Assembly (NCBI GenBank): GCA_028534125.1
Contig: CM052817.1
Span: 3,598,001 to 3,662,000 of the forward strand
DNA length: 64,000 bases
DNA from: Lama glama
Taxonomy: Eukaryota
Direction of reading: 5' to 3'
Below are positions 24,904 to 37,544 of the stretch, piece by piece; within the stretch, counting starts at the first letter, position 1, and the number at the start of each line of letters is the position of its first letter. The position numbers and the translations under genes are program-made. The notes below the pieces were generated by a model. The model worked only from the letters and a program-made list of their open reading frames with translations, searched no databases and was not told the origin of the DNA.

Positions 24904-26745
24904 TACTTTTTCTAGTATTTCTATAATAAGCATCTATCATTTGTATCATGAGAAACTGTCCCTCCTGCCAACCCTCACGCTTTTCACAGTTCCGTTTCCG
25001 GCTAATGGCAGATTCAACCAACTCGCAGGAGAGTTGAAATCGCAGTGGGTTTGTGATGAAAAATTTAATCAGCCTCAGATTCAAATGCTCTCTCATGTCT
25101 ATAGGCTTTTTTTTTTTAACATTTTTTTATTGAGTTATAGTCACAGGCTTTTTAAGACGCTCTCCTCGGGATTCAGGACTTGGCCGCCCACTCTCTCCTT
25201 CCCTGCCCTTTGGGCGTCTCTGTGGGAGGGGAAGATGGTACCCATGGTACCCATGATAAGCCCTACCTGGCCTCCTTATGCCCTCGGGGAGATGGCTGCC
25301 AGTTAAGGCTGCATTTACTCGATCCTCATGCAACTTTTTGCAGAAAGCTATTTCAGCTTGAATGTTGGGGGCCCCTTCTGGTGGCATTTCTTACCAAGAA
25401 CATAAAGCTTCCGTTTGGAGCCCGTGTGCTCAGGAGGAACGGGGGATGAAACCTACTGTCAGTTGTCAGGTCCCCCTTTCAGGGAAATCTCTTAACCAAG
25501 GAGACTCCACTTCTTCCCAGTGGAGGCTGGGGGGAAAAGTGTCCCCTGAAGCACTGGAACAAACAAAAGTGGGCCAAGAATGAGACTCCGTGATGCAGAT
25601 GGGAACAAGGTTTCTGGCTAATCCATCCTGAGTACTGAGACAGAATAAAGTGGAGAGGATGAAAGCAGTGGCCACATCAGGGAATCATTCTGTGGCTTGG
25701 TGAGCTGCGGGGTGGGGAGGTTCTCCACTGGGCATCTCACAAAGCCGGGCTGGGCTGTGGTCTGGGGCCTGCTCAGATGGCCGGTGGACTCCAGCGGATC
25801 TGAGGTCCTCAAGCCCTCGCTGGTGGCCAGATGGGGGCCTGCACTCTGCTCCCTGAGGCCACCTTCTCCCAAGACCTGTCCACCTTCACACCAGCCATGG
25901 TGAGCTGAGTCTCATGCTGTGAAGCTCCATGACTTCACCTATGGGGGGAATCTCTCTGCTTTTAAAAGGCTCACCAAGGTCAAGTCCACCAGGTGACCTC
26001 CATGAAGGCCACATGACTGGGGACTCCAACTACATCTGCAAAGTCCCTTCACGGCGGGACGCAGATTAGTGTTTGACTGAATAACCAGAGGGTGGGTATT
26101 CGGAGGGCTATTTTTAGAATTCTGTCTACTACAACCATCATACCCATATTTTCTTTTTAATTAGCTTATTTCAGAGTTGGATAAAAGGATGAAAATCCAT
26201 GTCCCTCCCAAGGGACAATGACGATGATGAAGATGATGGCACAGCTCGTGGCCACATAATGGAATAGATAAATGACGATTCCGGCTTCAGACCTGACGGT
26301 CACCTGGGCTGGAATTAGCTGGGAAAAACACGCAAAGACTCTGCCTTTTCTCCAGTGTGTGGCTTAACCTGGCCCGTCCCCCATCCCCCAGTTGCTACAA
26401 GGTGGGTTGGTCCACGAGAGGGCACCTGCATGGAGCCTGGCGCTCACGGGCCCTCAGCTGTCATGAGCATCACACCCACTGCCCAGATGCCGTCCCACCT
26501 TCTGTACGACCTTCTCCTGAGGGTGTTTTCTTTTAAACACTGCCCCATCCCTACTGGGGGCCGTTTAGCTTGCTCTTCCTGCACTCCCAGCCCGGGCCGC
26601 CCACTCCTTTTACTGGAAATAGGTTCCAAGGGCTGTTCCAGGAGTCTTCCTCTCCCTGTGCTGATGATTTGCAGTGGCGTGATGAAGTTACAGACCTCAG
26701 GGGATTACCTACCTGAGCAGGCTCCCAAGGGAGTAATTCCCAATG

Positions 26746-26764
26746 TGGCCACCAGGTGGCAGCA
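26746..26764 (+). promoter_or_regulatory. CTCF binding motif
   Basis: TGGCCACCAGGTGGCAGCA is a near-ideal CTCF core, with a GTAATTCCC upstream-module-like sequence just 5'. Confidence 0.7.
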
Positions 26765-28479
26765 CAGACAGGCCTCTGTTCAGGAAAATCCACGGTTAGA
26801 CGCCCACCCAGGGCACCGCCTCCTGTCTGGCATGGATCCAGGGCAATTCAGTGTCCCCAGAAACATTGCCACTGCAACCACCAGTGCTCCTCTGTCTCAG
26901 GACACAGCGGCTGTAACTACCTGTTGACTGCCCCATGCGGCACTGTGAGCTACTGAGGGCAGGGTTCCCACCTGATTCCCTTGAGCCCCAAGAAGAATTA
27001 GAAAGTGCATATTTGCACCTCTTTTAAACCTCACAATAAATTATATAATCCCAGTTTTACAGGTGAGCGGATCAATGCTGAGAACAAATGCCTTGCCCAA
27101 GGTCACAGCCAGTGAGAAACAGGACATGTTTTAAATTTTGTTACAGAAAACTTCAAACACACACAGTAGTCATAATTCCGCACACTCTTCATCGTCCATC
27201 TCAACCATTTTAACATTTTGCCACTTGTGTTTCTCTGATCCTCATTTTTTTTCACCTGAGTAATCATAAAGCAACTTCAGACACTGTGGCAACTTACAGT
27301 AAACACTTCCAACACTCAGCATTGGCATCACTAAACAATTAGGGCATGTTTACCTAACCACCAGGCCACTGTCTCTCCCTAAGGAAAGTATCAGTAGCTC
27401 CTTACTGTCATCCAAAACTATTTATATTCAGATTCCCCCTATGGTCTCAGAAGTGTCTTTTTTACAGTTGGTTTGCTCTATCATGATCCAAGTAAGGTCC
27501 ATACATTCCATCCCACTATGTTTTTTAAGCTCTTTACCCTCAGTCTTACTTCCTTTTTCCCACCAGCCCCTAATGAATATACAGGGCCATTTGTCCAGTG
27601 GAATATTCCACTGGATTTGGCTTTTTGCCTCGTACAGCAGGTGGCACAGGGCCTGGCACACAGTAGGTATTCAATATGACGAGTGGTTTTAATGGAAACA
27701 AAGGGAAAAAACATAGGTTTGGTTCTCACAAATACGACAAGCAGGCAGCCCTCCACTTGGGATACCACAGGCTGCAGCACCGGGGTCTGGGGGAGAACAC
27801 AGGCTTCAGCCCGGGGATCTGGGGCAGACCTCCATGTTAGCAGAGAGGACAAGCTCCAGCCCTCGATCCTGGTGGAGAGGACAGCAGGCCAGGCAGTGCT
27901 GAAGCGGGAGTCAGGACAGAGCCTGGAGGGCAGCGGCAGGGGGGTATGAAAACAAGCATCACCTCCCCGTCCAGCACCTCGGCTCCTTGGTGGGACGGGA
28001 TATGGTAGCACTGACCTTTGTTAGAGTAACGAAAACATTTGGACTTATGATCTTTAGCTGTGTCCCCAGTTTTCCTAGATGCTGTTCATATTTTGCTGTT
28101 TTGTTTTACTCTGAGAAAACTGAAGACGATGTGATTGCAAAGAAAACAACGTACACCCACGTTCTCCTCATCCAGCACCAGGACTGCCGCGTGGTGTCAC
28201 GTTTGCTTCCTAGGGTTTCGGTTTTGTGTTAATAAAACTCACAGATCGCGACGGAGGCCCCTGCAGCCACCGGCCTCTGCGGAGCAGCCAGGACTGTACT
28301 TTCTAAAGTCCCTCGGTTGTCTGCAGACGTGCTTTTGCCCTTGGCCCGCCTACCTGCATCTAGCCTACACTGAGCGCCCTGTGCCCTGCACGGTTCCAGG
28401 AGCTCGGGCTGTGAGGGAGCACAGGAGAAGCAGAGGACAGCCGGCTGCCACGGCCCCACGCCGGCTCCCAGAGAAAAGG

Positions 28480-29340
28480 GCTGCGGGAAACGGAAAACGC
28501 GCGTCCGCAAAGGAAAGCCCACTGCCGAGTCTACACCACCTAGAGCGCCCGCACTTCCGGCGCCCAGCCACCCACGCTTCCTCCCATTGGTTCTTCCCTT
28601 GACCACGCCCATCCACGGAGTCTCCGCCGGCTGTTTCCTTCACCTTTCACCTCCTCACCTCCTGGGGCTCCGGAAGGTCTCAGACCCCTCCCACCAGATG
28701 GTGGGGGAAGAGTGCTCCGTCATGACAGGCAATTATTGGTGCGTGTAGTCTGTCCATCAAAAGAGAAGCGGAGGTGGATTGGCTGAGGGGAATAATTGGG
28801 CGGGGAAGCAAACACAGGCTTTGCGCGAGTGGCCTAGCCCCCGAGGGGGCGGGCCAGCGGCCTCTGCGCATGCCCAGTGAGCGCGCAGTGCCGGCGGCGG
28901 CAGCGGCAGTCATGGCGGTTCGGTGCGTGAGGCTGGCGCGGTGTAGTCTCCCGGCTTTGGCGTTGTCTCTCAGGTAAGAGGCGCCCGGCTGCCCGGGCTC
29001 AGGAGGGGCGGGGTGCGGCCCGAGCACGGGCGTCGTGGGCGGTGGTTCCCGGACGCGGGCCGCGGACACCAGCCGGCCTGCCCTGTGGGGCCTGCCCTGC
29101 CGCCTCGCTGCCCGCGCTGACCCTGCTACCCGCGCGGCGGGCCCGGAGTGGGCGGGACGGCGCCCCGCGCAAGTCCGAACCGCTCCGACCCGGGCCGCGA
29201 GCCCGGTCGCGTCGCAGAGCCGCGCGTGCCGGGTCCCCGGGGCGCCCGGCAGCGGCACACGGGCTCTTTCCGCTCAGCACGGATTCCTTGTCCACTTCTG
29301 CCTGCTCCCGAGTCCGAGGTCAGAAGTGCGGCGGGGTCAT
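28480..29340 (+). promoter_or_regulatory. GRPEL1 CpG-island promoter
   Basis: Dense CpG. ETS/GABP site CACTTCCGG at about 28552-28560; inverted CCAAT boxes (ATTGG) at 28586, 28735, 28778 and 28795; GC boxes at about 28798 and 28846; NRF1-like TGCGCATGCCCA at 28865. Confidence 0.85.
28912..28973 (+). CDS. GRPEL1: GRPEL1 coding exon 1 (mitochondrial targeting peptide)
   Basis: ATG at 28912 (gtcATGG) encodes MAVRCVRLARCSLPALALSL+AG, an Arg-rich presequence with no acidic residues. Donor cag|gtaaga at 28973/4; 62 nt; lies in a CpG island. Confidence 0.95.
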
Positions 29341-31305
29341 GAGTCAGTGCCCTCACCTCATTATTTCTTTTTTTTTTTTTAACCCTGCGGTTTCTGCTTT
29401 TTGAAAGTCCAGACTCATGAATTAGTGTAGCAAGTGCTTAGCATCTTCTGTGTTGGAGGAACTTCCCAGAACCAGGTTATCTGTTAGAGAAGCTGCTCTG
29501 AGCCAAACGTTGGGTAGAAGCTGCGTGGGCAAGACTTGGATTTGTCCCGCAAGGAGCTCATTGAGCGGGTGGGGAGACCAGGCAGGTGAGGGAGAGAAGG
29601 TGCGATTGCCGGCTTGGTTAGTCATTTAGAGCAGTATGGGAACAAACCCATCTGGAATGCCCAAGTCAAAAAGGCTTTTTTCTCAACTTGTGGTTTTATA
29701 TCTACCATTAATTGCCTGGGAAGCGATCTCCAAGTCAGCGTTAATTTCTGTCTCCGCCAAGGAGGTTGGTGGGAGGAGACCCGCATGGAGGGGTCAGGAG
29801 AGCGGAATTGTACTCTGAGCTGGCAGAGTAACTCAGCTCCCTGGGACGCCGTGTCCCTCCGTGTAGGACAGGGTGGGCTCTGACTGGGCCCTGTTCCTCT
29901 GCTACCACACTGCTGCTCCGGCAGCTCCAGGAGGGTCTGCAGAGCAGCGCTGACCTGCAGAAAGGCTATGACCCTCTCGCCCCTGTAGGCCAGGACAACG
30001 AGCAAATAAGATGGCTTTACAACAGCACGTTGCGTTTTTAGACTTCAGCCTTTTTTTTTTAAATCACAAAAGTGAACACAACACTCTCTTGGTAACAGAC
30101 CAATGGACCCTTCCAGTCCTCTCTGCAGGCCTAAGACACGTACCTACTCAGGATTTCTGGTTTGTCTTTGTAAAAACGGGGCTGTGTTTTCTGTATTTCT
30201 CTGTGTTTTGCCTTTCTTCTTACATAGTACACCTGCACCGTATCTTAAGTTGGCAGTTTAATACATTCTGTTTGGTAGCTACTCACTATTCCAGATCGTG
30301 GAAGCAACAGTTCAACCATCTCTTTCTGACCAGCATTCTGTTTCCAGCTTGTCACTCCACATGCTGCCTTGTCATGTCACTCTGCCATGCTGTACGTATG
30401 TTCTGTGCGCTCATAGCTTTCCTGTGCATTGAGGCAGTTTTCTTTGATCTGGGAAGAAAGTTGAATGCAGTTTATTTTCGGATCAGTGTAAGTAAGAAGA
30501 GCTCCACTGGGCCTGGTGAAGAGATCTGTTTTGGGACTCTCATCATTCGTTAATGGCTTTGTGACCTTGGGCTTATCACTTAAACTTTTTCATGTGGGGA
30601 TCAGATTGAGTAATATCTTAAGTCACTTCCAGGATTAGTTTTAGAGCTCTTTGTATTTCCCCTGTGCGCACCACCCCTGTGCTCTCCTACCTCCCTGCCT
30701 TTGTCCAGGCTGGTCCCTGTTCCTAAAGTGGGTGTGTCTCATCCACTCCCAGTTCCCTGTATGAATTCTCATCTGTCACTCAGAGCCCCTCTGCACAGAT
30801 TCTTTCATAGTCTTCCATTTCCCCAAAGCTGGAAGTATTCTCTGAGCCTCCCAAAGCACATGGTTCCTCTTTTATTACTTTAAAACCTTGATTATAGTTC
30901 TTTGTGTATAGATATCTTTTTTGTGTGACTATAAGTACTCTGTGGGCAAGATCTCCAGCTTTGCTGACTACTGGGCCTCACCTCCGGTAGTAGCTGCTGC
31001 ATCAGTATGTGGTGGGGTGTGGATGACCAGACTTGAGAAGAAAGTGTTCAGAGTAGGAACAAGAGGAGGTTAGCACTGCATCTTGGGTACATTGACATAT
31101 TAGTTGAAGCATGTATTGCAGAAGATTTTGTATAAATAGCTTCCATACATCATATACAATTTACCTTTATTAGATCTAGGATAAATCCTTTCTCCTCCAC
31201 GAGTCACTAGCAAAGAGTTTTAAGTTTTTTCCAATTTAAGTCATATGTGTGAGTTTAATAGGCAGAAAGACCATGGTTAATTTCTAGCATGTGGGCTTCT
31301 CTTAG

Positions 31306-31468
31306 GCCCTCTCCTCGGCTGCTGTGCACAGCTACAAAACAGAAGAACAGTGGCCAGAATTTGGAAGAGGATGTGGGTCCCAATGGACAGAAGACAGATC
31401 CTCCCTCTGCAGAGAAGACGCTCATAGAAGAGAAGGTCAAGTTGGAAGAGCAGCTGAAGGAGACCATG
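31306..31468 (+). CDS. GRPEL1: GRPEL1 coding exon 2
   Basis: Acceptor ttctcttag|g, donor ATG|gtaagt; 163 nt. Encodes (R)PSPRLLCTATKQKNSGQNLEED...EEKVKLEEQLKETM, in phase with exon 1. Confidence 0.95.
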
Positions 31469-32801
31469 GTAAGTCCATGGGGCTCTTGGGGGACGTGGTC
31501 TGTTGAACTCCAAGTAAATCTCTTCCAAGGATGCCTGGCCAGCCTTCATGCTTTATTGGCAAGAGAGGCTGAAGCCATCTTTGTCCAAGGACTGTGGTTG
31601 GGTCTTGCAACAAGTTACTGCTGAAGAAGGGAATAGGGCCCAAATCCCTTGTGGCTCTGGTTCTGTCATAAGAATCATCTTTATGTGCTACGTAGACTAT
31701 ATTGAATTAAGACTTAAAACGGTCTTTACAAGGGAGGAATATGCAGGATGGCTGATTAAGCTGGCTCTTAGGGAAGGATGAGGGTAGGGGGCAGAGGTGT
31801 GGCTATGTGGTGCTCTCATAGGAAAGGGGAAGTTTTATGAACAAGTTAGTGATACAGATTAGTACCCTGGGTGAAAAAGCACAGGTGACACAAATTAGAT
31901 CCTTTAGGGATTTAAGAATGATCATGTCAAGCACTGATGCTGGCACTGTTTTAACCCCTTTACTTATATAAATCCTCACGTCAACCCTGTGAGTCAGCTG
32001 TTAGTATCCTTGTTTCCAAATGAGGAAACTGAGGCTCAGGGCACTTCAGTAACACTCCCAAGGTCACCAGCAGGCCAGGGCTGTGCCTAGTACGCCTTGC
32101 TCTTCAGGCTGCATTGGAATCACCTGCAGGCTGAAAACAGAGGGAGGGCCCAACACAGTAACTGAGTGCATGGTAGAAATAGAAATGCCAGGAGATGAGT
32201 GAAATTACAGGAAAAGTTGTGAGAAATGAGGAGGATTTCAGAATTCGGATGATTATTACACAATAGATGTTTCACCCGAGCCATATCTAGGCAACGTTAA
32301 AAATATATGATTCATTGATGGGGTTGTACCTCTTCTGTAGGGTAGCGACCAAAACTGTCCACCAGGCTCGTGGTTCTCCTGAACCTCCTCAAGGCGTGGC
32401 CATGAGGCAGTCAGCCCCTGTCCAGGATTCTAGGATTCCCTTAATTGAGAGATTCTGCTGAGCAGTGAATGGTCCTTCCTTGTGGGGAACTGTCAGAACC
32501 CCAGAAACTAGCAGCTTTTTCTTGTCCTTTCCACAGCTGCACACTTAAGTGAGGGTGGCCTTAGGGGCTGTGTGAAAATGTGGCACCCGGCCATCTTATT
32601 ACCCACTTAGAAATTGTGACACAGGTTATTTCTGCTTATTAAGCAGCGCTGTCTGTAATCCGGAATCTCAAACAGAACAATAGATGTTATTTGTATTTTG
32701 ACTTGGAATTTGTTTTATCAGATTTGCTTTCCTATGAATTTGTTCCATACTTAATCCATGTATATTCCACCTCACACCTCCCCCCACTTTTTTTTTTTAA
32801 G

Positions 32802-32883
32802 GAAAAATATAAGCGAGCTTTGGCTGATACTGAGAACTTACGGCAGAGGAGCCAAAAATTGGTGGAGGAGGCAAAACTATATG
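32802..32883 (+). CDS. GRPEL1: GRPEL1 coding exon 3
   Basis: Poly-T tract then aag|GAA acceptor, donor G|gtaaac; 82 nt. Encodes EKYKRALADTENLRQRSQKLVEEAKLY, the GrpE helical motif. Confidence 0.96.
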
Positions 32884-35229
32884 GTAAACTTTAAATATTG
32901 TATGATAATGATCCTGGAAGGAAGAAGAGGGCTGTGTCAGACGTGATCAGCCAGGGGTGGGGGTTGGGGCCTGCTTGTGGCAAGCCCTCCAGTTTGTAGG
33001 TTGGGTCGGCTGTCGCCTGGAAGGAGCAGAAATACCCATGACTCGCATTTGGAGCTGTGATTCCTCTAGTGAGGGGTGTGTCGATTGCTCTTCCACGTGA
33101 AGACTTGGTGTGAGCCCGTAGGGGCCTCTGGCAGGTCGGCCCTCTGAGGTTCACATCCTTAGCTAGAGCAGCCTCAGAGGCACGTTGGTATCACCTAAGA
33201 TCTCCCATAACACTGTCTGCTTTGTCGTCTTTGGACGTTTTTGTACTCGTCCTTCCCATTTCACAGTTGAGATCAGTGAGGCTTGAATGACCTGCACTCA
33301 CCACAAAGCAGGTAACGGCGCTAAGGCCCATCTCCCAGCTCCACGCGTGCTGTGTTGACAACATAGAAGGCTGCCGTTTGAGCCGTCAGCCAGGCGCCAT
33401 CTCCCCACGTTATAGATGCGGAACCTTGGGCTCACGACCGGAGGGTCAGCGCGCGTGGCGGCGGTGCGAACTAAGATGCAGGCCTTGTCATGTTTCCTCA
33501 TTCAACACAGAACACTGCTCTTCTTGAAACACTTTGGTTTTGGGTGCTGTCACCTCAGCTCCTGTTTTTCTTCCTCTTTCTGGTCATCCCCTTCATTGGC
33601 CGCTTATCTGTCACCCTCCGCGTGTCTGGGTTCTTCCAGGCTCGGAGCCAGCCCGCCCCCTCACTGTGTCCCCCGGGGACTTGCCCGTCTGATGGGTCTA
33701 AATGGCGTCCACGCACAGGGTCGCTTTCCAGCTCAGGCGTTTCTCCTGCGCCTAGTGTGTCCTGACCGGGGTGTCTCACAGGGATTTCAAACTGGGTTTC
33801 CCCTTTGCCTGTGCTTCCTCTCTCCCCGCTTTAGGAAATGATACCGTTACCCACCCAGGCGTTTAGGTCTGTCACCTGAAGCCCTCCCTCAAGCCCACGC
33901 CCCCCGCCTGTGAGTGGTCGTCGCTGGGCTCTGGTTCATCCAGCTCCTGCTGCTGCCTCCGCTCTGGTCCAGGCCAGCATCAGCCCTCGCATCACCGCCC
34001 ACAGCCCGACCAAAGTGCCGTTAAAGTGCAGTTCGCCTACAGCACACCTCCACCCGTTCCACCAGCCACTCTGGAATCTTCGGCTCTCTAGGTCTGCCTC
34101 TTCGTGGTAGACTGGCTGCCGTTTGGTTCCTCAGATGCTTGGATCACTCTTGACTCTCCAGGCCTCGGCTCACGGAACCCTCCCCCGACTCCCTAGTCTA
34201 AATGAAGTCCTTCATAGATTACTTTGTCCTTAGCGCTCGTGAGTGCGCCTTCGTCTGAGTGTGATTTGTGACTGTATTTGTCGCCTATGTGATCATGTGC
34301 CTGTCTCGAAGCCTGTGCACCCCATGAGGGCAACAGTTCCCCAGCAAATGGCACAAGGGTGACCTATAACAGATGCTCACTGTTGTATTAGGCAAAAATT
34401 TTTTAGGTTTCCCTGTAAAGCAGGCGCATGGAAATACTGCATAAAGTAGAGCCTTTGAGGCTTGAGAAGACTTGGGCAGGTCACACTGGAGCATCGGACC
34501 AGGGTGGGCGCAGTGCCGTGTGGCCTTTGGGGACCCATCAGGGGTACTCTGGTCACTAGCATGCAGCATCTGAAGCGTTTTCTTGAAACCACAAACATTC
34601 ATATTTATGTAAAATGTTCTAACATGTTATTTCTTCTGTAGATTAAAGTTAAGACCTGGGGTGTGTCCTGGAAGCTGTTACCCTGTAGTGCCAAATAACT
34701 GCTAATGCTTACTGAGTACTGAGAGTGTTCCGGGCACTCTGAGTGTGTAGAACTTTGATCCTCGTGAGCACGCTGTGTGTTAGATAGTCTTATCCCTGTT
34801 TTATAACTGAAGAAGCTGAGGCCCAGGGAGGTTAACCAGGATCACACAGCAGTTCAGTCCCAGCCAGGGAGACGTTCCCGGGCCCGTGCTCTGTAGCTGC
34901 GCACAGCAGCCACCTCTCCCTGGCGGGCCCAGGGCCGCAGTGTGGCTGGACTTCGTGGGGACAACAGGCTCTGGAGTTTATGCCCCTCTCAGTCTGGGCA
35001 GGGCTGATGGTGAGGGGTCTGCACTTTGAGCTGCCTGTCTCTACCTCACTGGCTCTTGTCTAAACCTCAGAAGTTCGGGTTTTAGTCCAGCCAATGAAAT
35101 TCTAGGACAAACGAATGATTTGAAAAGGTGCCTTTCAGCAGCCTTTGCATGAAGGAAGTAGGGCTTCGAGATCTAATTGCCCGGGCAGTTGATACGGATG
35201 CAAATGATATCTTCTTTGACTCCGCCCAG

Positions 35230-35576
35230 GCATCCAGGGCTTCTGCAAGGACTTGCTGGAGGTTGCAGACATCTTGGAGAAGGCAACAGAGTCAGTTCCC
35301 AAGGAGGAGATCAGAGACGACAACCCCCACCTGAAGCACCTCTACGAGGGGCTCCTGATGACCGAGGTCCAGATCCAGAAAGTGTTCAGCAAGCATGGCC
35401 TTCTCCGCCTGAACCCCCTGGGGGCCAGGTTCGACCCATACGAGCACGAGGCCCTGTTCCACACGCCGGTGGAGGGCAAGGAGCCCGGCACCGTGGCGCT
35501 GGTCAGCAAAGTGGGCTACAAGCTGCACGGGCGCACGCTGAGGCCTGCCCTGGTGGGCGTGGTCAAGGAGGCCTAG
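35230..35576 (+). CDS. GRPEL1: GRPEL1 coding exon 4 (GrpE nucleotide-exchange factor C-terminus)
   Basis: Acceptor cccag|gc. Encodes (G)IQGFCKDLLEVADILEKA...FDPYEHEALF...GYKLHGRTLRPALVGVVKEA*, containing the GrpE signature. Exons total 62+163+82+347=654 nt = 217 aa + stop. Confidence 0.97.
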
Positions 35577-35855
35577 CGCCGCCCACTGCTGCACGTACGA
35601 GGCCCTTCATCTTTTCTCGTCTCTGAATACTTTTGATCTTTTCCTAAACCTTGTCGGAAGCCCTTAGTAACCAGTGGCTCGACAGAAAATTAAGCAAGTT
35701 GCGTTAATGAACTCTTAATTCGGGAGTCCGTTCGTTGATTTTTACTGTCACTAGGTCCTCGGGCTTACAGAGCAGGGCGACAGGACTCGACGGGACCGTG
35801 GGGTGTCAGGAAAACCTCTGTCTACTCACACTCTGGTGACGCCATGTTTTAAATG

Positions 35856-35861
35856 AATAAA
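35856..35861 (+). terminator. Candidate GRPEL1 poly(A) signal AATAAA
   Basis: First AATAAA about 280 nt after the stop, followed by GT-rich sequence. An alternative ATTAAA lies at 36339-36344. Confidence 0.55.
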
Positions 35862-37544
35862 GGTCTGCGCGGAGCCTGCAGTTTGGGTAGCTGGTGTTGC
35901 CACCACCCCGCGTCCTCTGTGTCTCCCGGAGCACGCGTCCGCTGCCTTGCTTCAGTGAAGGAAGGGCAAAGGTTTAACTTTTTTTTTTGCCAAGAAAAAT
36001 TTTATGATGCCCTTGGTGAAGAACATGTTTGAATTCATTTATCATCAGCTACCGTCTCACCGCTAAAAGTGATCGCCTTCTGGCTTTTGGAGCTGAGAAG
36101 TGAGCGGGTGCACTGTTAACAGTCCTCGCCATCTGATTTTGCCAGTAACTTGAGTCTGACAAAATTGGTTACTTTTAGCCTGTTTTGTTCATCTTTTTAT
36201 AGAAATGTTTAAATCTGTAGCCAGCTAGTTGCTAATGACCTGAAGATATTTTTCCCTAGTAAGATGGACTTTTTAAGGAATCCAAGGGCTGCATGCTTGG
36301 TATATTTTAAATGTTAATGTTTAATTTTATTTAAGAGGATTAAAGCCCTGATACGTGTATTTTCCTACATTCTGATAACTATTTTGTGTGCTTTGGTGGC
36401 GGAGATCCTTACAAGGATAAGTGTGACTTACTGCTTAAGTCCTGAGGCTGTGTACCCAACACGTGAACACGCCGGCTTCTGTACCTGAAGGGAGAGCAGC
36501 TTCCCCAGGGCCGTCCCTGGCAGGCGAGGGCCTGGGCCTGCGCATGTCCGCCTGCAACCATGGAGACAGCAGGAGCCAGAACACACAGGGCATTCCGTTC
36601 CTCCTTTACGTTAGGGAAGAAGTTGAATGACTGAGATGGCTGTTATCAACAAGAGAAAAAGGAACTTCCCACTGTCTCTGCTTCTGCAAGGTACTTCTAG
36701 GATTGAAGGTCAAGTGCCGTTAAATCTAGTTACTGCATTTAAAAAGGCAGGGCCGTCAGTTTGGAAGATGTAGGTAACATTCCCAGTTACATTTATACGA
36801 TTTCAAAAGATTTCCCTCTTTTCCTTTAAGCTGCTTTAAATTATTTTGTCAAAAGTATAGCCCAGAATTAAAAGCAGCCTATGGCATCCTGAGAAACAGG
36901 ACGGGGAGTCACAGCCTGCTTTTTGTACTGTGTAACTGTGAGGCCATCATTTCACCTCCCTAGACTCACTTGTAAGATGAAGGGTGAATTAGAATTTTCA
37001 AACTAACTTATGTGAATGTGTGCAGTCCCCTCCCCTCCGTCTTCAGCTAGAGCGGCACCTGCTAAGAGGCTAAACCTAGAGAGTCTAGCTTACATTTGGG
37101 GAACCGTGTCCCCATCCATTGCCACCAGGAACAGGAAGATAGTGCTGTTCATACCGACACTGGCGATTAAAGACCGGTGAGGGCTGCTTTCTCGTGAATT
37201 CCAGGGTTTCGCGTAGTTGCAGTCTGGATCTGCCACACAGGGCCCACGACGGAGCCAGCACTCGTCCACTCACCGCAGACCGTGCAGCCTGGCTCGTGGA
37301 AGTCACCCTTCTCCAGGTGTTCCGCTACTTTCAGGAAAGGAGGGGTGGCAGGAAGGGTTTTCTGCTTAACAGAAGTCAATTTTAACTCACAGTTTGGAGA
37401 AAAAACTGGTGTGATACAGAAGCACCACACTAAAACATGTCACGGACTGTCCCCCATTCTGTGTTTGAAAGCCGGTTCACACCATCTCCAAGGCTCTGAA
37501 AAGCTGAGGCTCGAGGGGCAGGTGGTAAAAAGCAAGCAGTGACA

